64,000 nucleotides of DNA from Dehalococcoidia bacterium (GTDB lineage: Bacteria; Chloroflexota; Dehalococcoidia; Lucifugimonadales; UBA3495). The translations under genes and the position numbers were made by a program. Each line of letters opens with the position of its first letter. Position 1 is the stretch's first letter. The notes below the pieces were generated by a model. That model searched no databases, was not told the DNA's origin, and was given only the letters and a program-made list of their open reading frames with translations. Positions 1 through 8,062 of the stretch are shown piece after piece. The stretch is from positions 415,414-479,413 of the forward strand of contig CBDEFY010000004.1 of assembly GCA_965237595.1 (NCBI GenBank), read 5' to 3'.

Positions 1-22
1 TCTCCGCATCCCATTAGCGGGT

Positions 23-487
23 ATGACCGCGACTCTCGTCGGGAGCTTCGTTGTCATCGAAGCCAGCAACTCCGACTTTACCGTGTTCGCTCCGGTGGGA
101 TTGAATGTGGCGATGTTTATGATGCTGGTTATGCTCACCGGGTCCGCCACCGCCTATGGAGATTGGATCCTGCAACGTCGATTGCCAAGTAAACCGGACG
201 CGGGCGAATTTTACGCCTCCATGGTTGGGGTCGGTGCCTTTGTAGCCATTCCGTTGATCTTCGTCTTCTTTTTCGTGGGCGGCGCAGTGGTCCAGGACCC
301 GCCGAGGGTGGCAGGAGGATTCTTCTCGGTCGCCGCGGTTGGGGCGCTGCTGAGTTGGACCCGCTATACGCCATGGGGCAGGTTCATCCCGTCAAAAGCT
401 GGTACGTGGATCGGGACAATCGGGTGTAGGTGGGCTGTTGGCGTTCGGTGGGCTGCACTTGGTGGGAGAGATCACCGAGATTCTTAA
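23..487 (+). CDS. hypothetical integral membrane protein
   Basis: 154-aa ORF with helix-length hydrophobic stretches (VGLNVAMFMMLVMLTGSA, VGVGAFVAIPLIFVFFFVGGAVV). No family motif recognised. The last ~35 aa look non-protein-like, so a 3' frameshift is possible. Confidence 0.35.
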   Translation: MTATLVGSFVVIEASNSDFTVFAPVGLNVAMFMMLVMLTGSATAYGDWILQRRLPSKPDAGEFYASMVGVGAFVAIPLIFVFFFVGGAVVQDPPRVAGGFFSVAAVGALLSWTRYTPWGRFIPSKAGTWIGTIGCRWAVGVRWAALGGRDHRDS

Positions 488-747
488 GTGACTCTGTAAA
501 AACCGGTATGGTTGAGCTCGGCTTGTTTCAATTCTTGATATCCAAGTGAGTACGCGACCCATATAAGTTTTCTGGGTTTAGGGCTAAGGTTGGGCCTCCC
601 GATGCACCGGGAAGGCTCTCGACCGCGTCGGAGATGGGGGTAGCTGCCGTAGTTGAGTTCCGCTTCGGTGGAAAAGAGCAAGCCACTCTCGGACTCTCCT
701 CCTAAAGGAGAGATAATCATGGAAATCCGAACACAGGTGAAGAAATA

Positions 748-1872
748 ATGGCTGATACCACAGACGTTGCAATAATCGGAGGTGGGGCGGCGGGCTGCGC
801 CGTGGCCTTTTACCTGGCCCAGTCAGGCGTGAAATCTACCATCATCGAGCGGGAAGGCGTGGGCAACCAGGCCTCCGGTTACGCCGCCGGAGGGCTGAAC
901 CCACTGACCGGCATCGGTATCCCCGGCCCCTTGGGGACCTTCGCCTGGGAGAGTTTCCTGCTTCACGTCGGCCTGTACGAAGGCTTGAAAGAACAGACGG
1001 GTATTGACTACGAACAACGGACGGTGGCCAAGATCGACTTGGCCTTGGAGGAGTCGGAACTGGAGGACCTGCGGGCGTCTGTGGAGCTGTTCGACGGAGT
1101 AGGGGGGTTCGAAGCGCGCTGGCTGGAACCGGAGGAGATTGCCAAGCTGGAGCCCCGCATCGGCCCCGGAGTCTTGGGCGGCCTCTACGACTACGGGAAC
1201 ACCGCAGTGGACAGCCATGACTTCACCAGGGCCATGGCAGCGGCGGCGAAGAACATGGGCTCCACCGTCCGCGCCGGAAACGTCCGGAGCCTGGAGAGCA
1301 GCGGCGGAAAGATAGACCGGGTGGTCTTGGCCGATGGAGAAATATCCTGCGGTCAGGTGGTGATGGCCATGGGGCCGTGGTCGCGCAAGGCCGAATCTTG
1401 GCTGGGCGCCTACATACCGGTTGACCCCCTAAAAGGGGAGATAATCCGGCTGGAGAACAAGGGCGAGCCTTTCAAGCACGACATCTCCGGCGGCGGTGGG
1501 ACCATTTACCCCAAGCTGGACGGTCTGAACTGGTGTGGCACCACCGAGGACTGGAAGGGCTTCGACCGGGAACCATCCCAGCAGATCGCCCGCGAGATCA
1601 GGCAGCGGGTCGTAAGATTGGTGCCCGATCTGGCGGACGCCAAAATCGTGAAACACACCGCATGCCTGCGGCCCGTCACCCCCGACTGGCTGCCCATCCT
1701 GGGCCGCGCGCCGGGCTGGGACAACGTCTATCTAGCCACCGGCGCGGGTAAGAAGGGGATCCTGCTGGCCCCGGGGATCGGCAAGTCCATCGCCGAACTG
1801 ATGACAACCGGCGAGACCGCGCTTTCCATACAGGGCTACTCCCCGGAACGGTTCGCCACCCAGCTAGACTGA
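748..1872 (+). CDS. FAD-dependent oxidoreductase (DAO / glycine-oxidase-like family)
   Basis: N-terminal dinucleotide-binding fold VAIIGGGAAGCAVAFYLAQSGVKSTIIERE. 374 aa, with the C-terminal LATGAGKKGILLAPG region typical of DAO-family flavoproteins. Confidence 0.8.
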   Translation: MADTTDVAIIGGGAAGCAVAFYLAQSGVKSTIIEREGVGNQASGYAAGGLNPLTGIGIPGPLGTFAWESFLLHVGLYEGLKEQTGIDYEQRTVAKIDLALEESELEDLRASVELFDGVGGFEARWLEPEEIAKLEPRIGPGVLGGLYDYGNTAVDSHDFTRAMAAAAKNMGSTVRAGNVRSLESSGGKIDRVVLADGEISCGQVVMAMGPWSRKAESWLGAYIPVDPLKGEIIRLENKGEPFKHDISGGGGTIYPKLDGLNWCGTTEDWKGFDREPSQQIAREIRQRVVRLVPDLADAKIVKHTACLRPVTPDWLPILGRAPGWDNVYLATGAGKKGILLAPGIGKSIAELMTTGETALSIQGYSPERFATQLD

Positions 1873-1994
1873 CCAGGCCCGTTAAGTCACAGGAAGACCA
1901 ATCGGTTGCCGTATGCTAGTACTCAGTCAACTTGGTTTTGGGATTTGTTTAAGAAAGGGGCCAATTGAGCTATCCTGCCTGGTGGGAAGTGTTT

Positions 1995-3136
1995 ATGGCG
2001 GGGGTGGCAATGATGGTCAGGGACAAATACGCGGTGCGGCTGGCACAGGAACAACGGGAAGAGCTCCAGCGACTGATCCGGGTTGGCAAAAACTCAGCCC
2101 GAGTGACCGCTAGAGCGCGGATTCTCCTAAAGAGCGACGACGGTTGGGCGGCACCCCAAGTGGCCGAAGCTTTGGATGTGGCCCTGAGCACCGTATACCG
2201 GGTCAAGCAGCGCTTTGCCGAAGAAGGGTTGGAGAGGGTTTTGCAGGACCGTCCCCAGGCCAACCGGCCCCGGAAGTTGGACGACCGGGGCGAAGCCCAC
2301 CTGATTGCTTTGGCCTGCAGCCCGCCGCCGGAAGGGCATGACCACTGGACCCTGCGTCTGCTGGCCGGGAAGGTGGTCGAGTTGGGGCTGACGCCCTCCA
2401 TGTCCCACGAGGGGGTGCGCCAGCGTCTCAAAAAAACGCCCTCAAGCCGTGGCAGAAGAAGGAGTGGTGCATTCCCAAGGTGAGCGCGGAATTTGTGGCT
2501 AACATGGAGGATGTCCTGGATCTCTACGCCGAACCCTATGATCCCCAACGTCCGGTGGTTTGCTTTGACGAGACATCCACCCAGTTGTTGGCGGAGACCC
2601 AGCCCGCTCTGCCGCCCCGGCCGGGACTTCCGCTGCGGCAGGACTACGAATACCGGCGGGAGGGTACCCGCAACCTGTTCTTGGCCTGCGAGCCCTTGGC
2701 GGGTTGGCGAGGGGTGGCGGTCACGGAGCGGCGCACGATGCAAGACTTCGCCCGCCGGATGCGCTGGCTGGCGGATGAAGCCTACCCGGAAGCCGAGGTG
2801 GTAAGGGTTGTCTTGGACAATCTGAATACCCATCGCCGGGCATCGCTGTACGAGACTTTCCCGGCTGAGGAAGCCCGGAGGATTGCCAGGCGGCTGGAGT
2901 TTCATTACACGCCCAAGCACGGGAGTTGGTTGAACATGGCGGAGATCGAGTTCAGCGTCCTGTCCCGCTCCTGCCTGAAGCAGCGGCTCTCCGGCGAGGA
3001 GGCCCTCAGGAGGGAAGTCGATGCTCTGGTCAAGGAGCGCAACGCCGCCAGAGCCACCATCAACTGGCGGTTCAACACCCGGGACGCACGAACCAAACTT
3101 CACCGCCTTTACCCTTCCGATTTTACGGTTGACTGA
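1995..3136 (+). CDS. IS630-family transposase, made from two frames by -1 frameshifting
   Basis: Track ORFs 1965..2483 and 2480..3136 overlap. The N-part is HTH-like (RARILLKSDDGW, STVYRVKQRF). The C-part is a DDE-type core (VCFDETS, VVLDNLNTH, SWLNMAEIEF). Slipping -1 in the A7 run yields ...RQRLKKNALKPWQKKEWCIPKVSAEF..., the LKPW..WCIP linker typical of this family. Start is uncertain (ATG 1995, 2010 or 2013). Confidence 0.8.
2430..2436 (+). promoter_or_regulatory. A7 slippery run, candidate programmed -1 frameshift site of the IS630 transposase
   Basis: Seven consecutive A (ctcAAAAAAAcg) lie exactly where frame 0 (orfA) must move to frame -1 (orfB) to give a continuous transposase. Confidence 0.6.
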
Positions 3137-3251
3137 GTACTAGGTATCGAAAATCAATTGACATTTTGTCCGTCATCCCGGCAAGGGAACGTCGCAAAAT
3201 CTCATTGACGTACAGCCATTTACAAAACAGTAGAGTAGTAGTTCTGTGGCC

Positions 3252-4082
3252 TTAATTCCCGAATTGGGCTGCCAGGCCGCTGTCCCCAGACACGGTGATT
3301 TGTCCACCCGCCAACGCCTCCTCGAGGGTGATGCGGCCGTAGACCAGCAGCACGAAGGTTTGGGTATCACAACTGAAGGTAACCTCCGGCTGTTCCTGGC
3401 CTGCTGGCTCCATTAGGGCCTTACCGCCTCCGCCGGCAACGATGTCGTGGTTGCCGGAAACGGGGCCGGTCAGTTCAAACCTGAACCGGGCTGGCTTCGG
3501 CAAACTTGACCCCGGATTGAATAGCCGCCCCACCACGAACACCGGAAACATCTCCATGATTGCGGGAAGGCTGTCCAGAGACAGCACCGCCGCCGGTTCC
3601 AGCCTGGAACGGATGTCCCACTCGTGTACGATCAATTCGGTGATTCTTAGATTGAGGTAGGTTTCCACCGTGATGGTCCCGGCAGGGTGATAGCAGGGTT
3701 TGTTCCGGTCCGGCTCGCCCAACCCGGCCAATATCCCGTCGAACTGGTCCCGGCGGTCGTTGAAGGTCGTCAGCAAATCGTCGCCGAGACTTTCTCGTAG
3801 GTCTACGGCCCTTTGGGCATTGGCCGCTAACCGTACCGCCATATCGCCTTCGCCCGCAGGCGGAAATCCCTCTGGCGGCGAATCATCCCCGGCGGCGCCC
3901 CTGGTGATGTTGGGTCCGAACATGTCGACGGCCCCAGTCATGTGGGCCACCACGTCTCTGACCTGCCAGGACTCACAGGCGCTCTGGGTCGACCAGGCAG
4001 TGGGCGACAAGGTTTTGAGGTATTCGCCGATCCGCGCCGATTCTTTGTGGACTAACCGGACCTTCTCCGCTAACGAGTCCAT
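3252..4082 (-). CDS. DinB-like / maleylpyruvate-isomerase-N-domain family protein with SCP2-like C-terminal part
   Basis: Only the C-terminal 276 codons of track ORF 3252..4958 look protein-like. It starts MDSLAEKVRLVHKESARIGEYLKTL...WQVRDVVAHMTG (DinB-type helix with His). The tail FSCDTQTFVLLVYGRITLEEALAGGQITVSGD is typical of the sterol-carrier-like C-domain. An alternative start exists at 4133. Confidence 0.65.
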   Translation of the reverse strand: MDSLAEKVRLVHKESARIGEYLKTLSPTAWSTQSACESWQVRDVVAHMTGAVDMFGPNITRGAAGDDSPPEGFPPAGEGDMAVRLAANAQRAVDLRESLGDDLLTTFNDRRDQFDGILAGLGEPDRNKPCYHPAGTITVETYLNLRITELIVHEWDIRSRLEPAAVLSLDSLPAIMEMFPVFVVGRLFNPGSSLPKPARFRFELTGPVSGNHDIVAGGGGKALMEPAGQEQPEVTFSCDTQTFVLLVYGRITLEEALAGGQITVSGDSGLAAQFGN

Positions 4083-4203
4083 CTCATCCTCTCCTAGATT
4101 GGCGGCTGCCACCCCACTGTAATCCCCATTCATTGGCGGTATTATAGGGGCCCGTGGGCATTTCACAATCCCAGAGGAATGATCGTTCCCTAGGAGGCCG
4201 ACG

Positions 4204-5247
4204 TTGGCGTTAGGTTGGGCCATCATAGGCGTGGGAATGCATCCAGAGCAAAAGGTCGCTCCGGCCATCGGACTGACGCCGGACGCCGAGCTCATCGCCG
4301 TGTTGAGCCGCGACCAAGGACGGGCCGACGCTTTTGCCGAGGCCCACGGGGCGGAAGTTGGGTATTCCAACCTAGGCGAACTGATGGCTGACTCCCGCGT
4401 CGACGCCGTTTTCGTGGCGTCGCCCAATTCCTTGCACGTGGAGCACACGGTGCAGACCGCCAGGGCCGGAAAGCATGTGCTGTCGGAAAAACCCATGGCG
4501 ACCTCGGTGGCTGACGCGCTGACCATGGTACGGGAATGTCGGGCCAACGGCGTCAAGCTGGGGTTGGGATTCGAACTGCGCTTCCACCCGGCCCACCTGC
4601 TGGCCCGAGACTTGGTATCTGAGGGCAAGCTGGGCCGAGTGCGGCTGGTCCAGGGACACTGGGGCCGCGGGGAGAGGGGAGAACCGGAGCATCTGCCGCG
4701 CACCGGTCTGCGCGGCTGGTGGGAAGACCCCCAGGCCATGGGCGGCGGCTCGGTAATCATGGGGCTGGGCGTCCACGTATTCGACTTGGTGCGGTTCATC
4801 ATGCAACAGGAAGTCATAGAGGCCGTGGCCATGACCGACGGCCAGACCGACGCCCAACCGCTGGAGCACATCGCCAGCACCGCCTTGCGCCTGGAAGACG
4901 GGGCCATCGCCAACATAAGCTGCGGTAGGATGCTGCCCGACACGCTGAATGACTTCACTGTCTACGGTACCGACGGCCGCTTCACCGGGCGGGCCACCCT
5001 CTGGGAGGCACGAACAGGCGAGGTGGAGGTGGTCAGCGAGACGGTCAACCGGACAGAGAGCTGGCAGTACGATTATCTGGCCAACTTCGTTGCCGAATTG
5101 GACGATTTCCACTCCGCCATCAGAGAGGACCGGGAGCCCAAAGGCACCGGTGTCGACGGCTTGAGGTCCACGGAGATCAACGCGGCGGTCATACAGTCCG
5201 CCCGCACGGGCCGGGCGGTCAAGATTGACCAAAGGCAAGTGTCGTAG
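4204..5247 (+). CDS. Gfo/Idh/MocA family NAD(P)-dependent oxidoreductase
   Basis: Rossmann N-terminus LGWAIIGVGMH and the family EKP motif (HVLSEKPMATS). AGGAGG lies 6 nt upstream of the TTG start. Confidence 0.85.
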   Translation: MALGWAIIGVGMHPEQKVAPAIGLTPDAELIAVLSRDQGRADAFAEAHGAEVGYSNLGELMADSRVDAVFVASPNSLHVEHTVQTARAGKHVLSEKPMATSVADALTMVRECRANGVKLGLGFELRFHPAHLLARDLVSEGKLGRVRLVQGHWGRGERGEPEHLPRTGLRGWWEDPQAMGGGSVIMGLGVHVFDLVRFIMQQEVIEAVAMTDGQTDAQPLEHIASTALRLEDGAIANISCGRMLPDTLNDFTVYGTDGRFTGRATLWEARTGEVEVVSETVNRTESWQYDYLANFVAELDDFHSAIREDREPKGTGVDGLRSTEINAAVIQSARTGRAVKIDQRQVS

Positions 5248-5353
5248 ACCTGTCCGGACCTGCGGTTGACGGACTGGATGCCCGTTGCTACGATTCTCCA
5301 CGCCCAGGAGAGCCATCGTCCCAGTAGATTCCAAGAGATTGAGGGCTATTGCC

Positions 5354-7690
5354 ATGACAACCACCGACCGTACCCGGGCGCAGGGCGCACTTCGGGGCGT
5401 ACAGGTCCTGGAATTTGGTCAGTACATCCCCGGCCCCCTGTTGGGGATGTTATTGAGCGACCAAGGGGCCGACGTAATCAAGGTTGAACGCCCCGGCGGA
5501 GACCCCGCCCGGAGCGAGCCTGCCTTCGCCACCTGGAACCGGGGCAAACGCTCGGTGGTGCTGAACCTGAAATCGCCCGATGGGCAGGTCGCCGCCGTGG
5601 CATTGGCCAAGAAGGCCGACGTGGTGATTGAGAATTACCGGCCCGGAGTGGCCGACCGCTTGGGCATCGGCTTCCAAACCCTATCCAAAGACAATCCCGG
5701 GTTGCTCTATTGCTCCATACCCGGCTTCGGCGAAGAGAGCCGTCACCGCAACGAACCTGGCTGGGAGAGCATCGTGTCCGCCTCCACCGGTGTCTACCAG
5801 CATATTGATGGGAACGGCGGGGGCATGGACGAGCCGTTGTTCCTGCCGCTGCCCGCTGCCAGCACCTTCGCCGCCATCGTGGCCTCGGTCTCAGTGGCCA
5901 TGGCTCTAGTGGCCAGGGACCGGACCGGCAAGGGGCAGCGAATCGAAGTGCCCATGCACAGCGCCATGTTCTCGGCCATCGGACGCCACCTGGTCAAGCT
6001 GTACGACATCAACCCGCCCGACATGTTCGACCTACCCCGGAACGTCATGTCACACCAATATATGTGCGCGGACGGCCGTTACTTCCAGTCCCACGGTATG
6101 TACCAGCGGTTCGTGGGCCAATTGATGACCGCTGCGCACCGTCCCGAATGGATCGAAGACCTGGAGGACCTCTACGGTGCGGAGGTCGCACCGGAGACCA
6201 TGGCTATGTGGAAGGAGCGGTTCGAGAAAATGTTCTTGGAGCGGACCGCCAAAGAATGGGAGGACGCCATCGCCGAAACCAATGGCGTCGGCACCATCTG
6301 CAAGACCATCGACGAATGGCTGGTCCACGAGCACGCCATTGCGGGCAAGATGGTCACCGAGATTGACGACGCCCAATACGGACGGATGAAGCAGCCGGGA
6401 GTTCAGGTGCGACTGCGCGGGACGCCCGGAGCAGTCCAAGGACGGGCCCCCACATTGGGTGAACACACCTCAGAAATTTTGGCCGAGCTGAATAATGGCC
6501 CGGCCGCCTACGCCGCTACCAATGGCAACAACGAAAATATCATGAGCGCCCTGCAAGGCGTGCGGGTGCTGGACCTGTGCATCGTTCTAGCCGGGCCCAC
6601 CTGCGGCCGGACCCTGGGCGAGTTCGGCGCCGACGTCATCAAGATCGACGACCCCTCCCGCCCCTACGACATGTCGGGAAATACCGACGTGAACCGTGGC
6701 AAGCGCAGCATCCAGATCAACCTCAAGACCAAGGAGGGCCTGGAGGTCTTCTATAAGCTCTTGGAAACCGCCGACGTAGTTGTGGAGAATAACCGGAAGA
6801 GCAGCCTGGCCCGGTTGGGCATCAGCTACGAGGAGGCCAGAAAGCGAAAACCGGACATCGTCTACGCGTCATTGAATGCCTTCGGCTACGACGGCCCGTG
6901 GAGCGAGCGGCCCGGCTGGGAGCAGTTGGCCCAGGCCACCAGCGGCATGCAGGTACGGCGGGGCGGCCGTGATGCGGCCCCCAAATTACTGCCCTATCCC
7001 ATGAACGACTACGGCACCGGATTGATGGGCGCCTACGCCGTGGCCCTGGCAATCCACGAGCGGAACCGCACGGGCAAAGGGCAATCGGTGGACAGCGGGT
7101 TGGCATTGACCGCCGCTCTGCTCCAGTCGCCCTACTTCTTGGACTTCAAAGGCTACCAGAGAGACGAACCAGAAGGTCTGGGCGTCCGCGGGTTCTCCGC
7201 CAAGTCCCGTCTTTACCGCGCCTCCGATGGCTGGATGTTCTTCCACTGCCCCGACGACGGGGCCTGGGACCGGCTGGTGCGGCTATCCGAGTTCGCCGGT
7301 TTGGTTTCGGCCGGTCCGGTTTCAGATGAAAACGAAGACGCCCTGAGCAATTCACTGGCGTCTGTTCTGGCCAGCAAGCCCAGGGCTGAGTGGGAGAAGC
7401 TGATAAACCCCACCGGGGTCAGCGTGATTGCCAACCGGACGGTGGCGGAGTTCCGGGACGACGACGACATCCGGAAGGCCGGGCTCATCGTGGGACGGGA
7501 CCATCCGGGCATGGGCAAAGCAGACCATCTGGGTACTGTGGCCAAACTCTCCGAGACCCCCATGCGCGTCGGTCGGCCCACTCCGGTCTTGGGGGCAGAG
7601 ACCGACGAAATACTCAGCGAAGCCGGTTACACGGGAGAACAGATGGAAGCGCTCAAGCTCGCCGGAGCGGTTGTCCAGGTGCAGACCTAG
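5354..7690 (+). CDS. two-domain (tandemly fused) family III CoA-transferase (CaiB/BaiF type)
   Basis: Two complete CaiB-like units sit in one ORF. Unit 1 has LRGVQVLEFGQYIPGPLLGMLLSDQGADVIKVERPGG and unit 2 has LQGVRVLDLCIVLAGPTCGRTLGEFGADVIKIDDPS. Each has the downstream ..TGKGQ.. motif. Start chosen at ATG 5354 (MTTTDRTRAQG); the track ORF begins at 5285. Confidence 0.85.
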   Translation: MTTTDRTRAQGALRGVQVLEFGQYIPGPLLGMLLSDQGADVIKVERPGGDPARSEPAFATWNRGKRSVVLNLKSPDGQVAAVALAKKADVVIENYRPGVADRLGIGFQTLSKDNPGLLYCSIPGFGEESRHRNEPGWESIVSASTGVYQHIDGNGGGMDEPLFLPLPAASTFAAIVASVSVAMALVARDRTGKGQRIEVPMHSAMFSAIGRHLVKLYDINPPDMFDLPRNVMSHQYMCADGRYFQSHGMYQRFVGQLMTAAHRPEWIEDLEDLYGAEVAPETMAMWKERFEKMFLERTAKEWEDAIAETNGVGTICKTIDEWLVHEHAIAGKMVTEIDDAQYGRMKQPGVQVRLRGTPGAVQGRAPTLGEHTSEILAELNNGPAAYAATNGNNENIMSALQGVRVLDLCIVLAGPTCGRTLGEFGADVIKIDDPSRPYDMSGNTDVNRGKRSIQINLKTKEGLEVFYKLLETADVVVENNRKSSLARLGISYEEARKRKPDIVYASLNAFGYDGPWSERPGWEQLAQATSGMQVRRGGRDAAPKLLPYPMNDYGTGLMGAYAVALAIHERNRTGKGQSVDSGLALTAALLQSPYFLDFKGYQRDEPEGLGVRGFSAKSRLYRASDGWMFFHCPDDGAWDRLVRLSEFAGLVSAGPVSDENEDALSNSLASVLASKPRAEWEKLINPTGVSVIANRTVAEFRDDDDIRKAGLIVGRDHPGMGKADHLGTVAKLSETPMRVGRPTPVLGAETDEILSEAGYTGEQMEALKLAGAVVQVQT

Positions 7691-7737
7691 GGGAATAACC
7701 CTTTGGACGATATATTTTCGCCAACCGTTGCCGAAGA

Positions 7738-7940
7738 ATGGAGATTGCGGTCCGGTTGGTCTTGGCGGCCATTTTCGGCGCCGCAGTGGGCTACGAGCGT
7801 CACAGTGCCGACAAGCCGGCGGGCCTGCGACCATCGGCATAGCGGTGGGCTCCGGGCTCTACATCGCGTCCGTTGGCGGCACGGTGCTGATGCTCGTTAT
7901 CCTTTACCTGTTCGCACCCGCCGGGGAGACCGGCGGGTAG
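7738..7940 (+). pseudogene. MgtC/SapB-family remnant (internal deletion plus frame change)
   Basis: ATG 7738 opens MEIAVRLVLAAIFGAAVGYERHSADKPAGLR, an MgtC-type N-terminus, and stops after 34 codons. A second frame continues TIGIAVGSGLYIASVGGTVLMLVILYLF, an MgtC-type last helix. The ~70 central residues are missing. Confidence 0.45.
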
Positions 7941-8062
7941 GAAATATTCTGCGCATATTGTCCCACCGTGTCATTGGCTGGAACTCCGGATGGCGGCCAT
8001 CTCCGGAACGTGCTAAACTGGCTCAGCGTCTTCACGCGTAACCTCAGGTAGAAGAGGTCCCT

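Larger units (their letters stand above)
1919..3140 (+). mobile_element. IS630-family insertion sequence, apparently complete
   Basis: Perfect 13-bp terminal inverted repeats GTACTCAGTCAAC (1919-1931) and GTTGACTGAGTAC (3128-3140). Each is flanked by TA (1917-1918 and 3141-3142), the IS630/Tc1-type target duplication. The element encloses a two-frame transposase and is ~1222 bp long. Confidence 0.85.

Noticed and set aside
488-747. Riboswitch upstream of the FAD-dependent oxidoreductase (glycine, TPP or cobalamin)
   Set aside because: The 260-nt leader has some hairpins, but I could not match any riboswitch consensus core by eye. The 78-aa minus-strand ORF there has no RBS and no motifs.
1970-3103. 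377-aa ORF on the minus strand across the IS630 element
   Set aside because: It is antisense to a transposase with clear motifs. Its composition is Arg/Pro/Gly-rich with low complexity, typical of shadow ORFs in GC-rich DNA.
4083-4958. N-terminal about 290 aa of the 568-aa track ORF 3252..4958 (minus strand)
   Set aside because: This part is antisense to the well-supported Gfo/Idh/MocA gene and is Ser/Pro/Ala/Met-rich nonsense. Only the part from ATG 4082 downstream resembles a real (DinB-like) protein.
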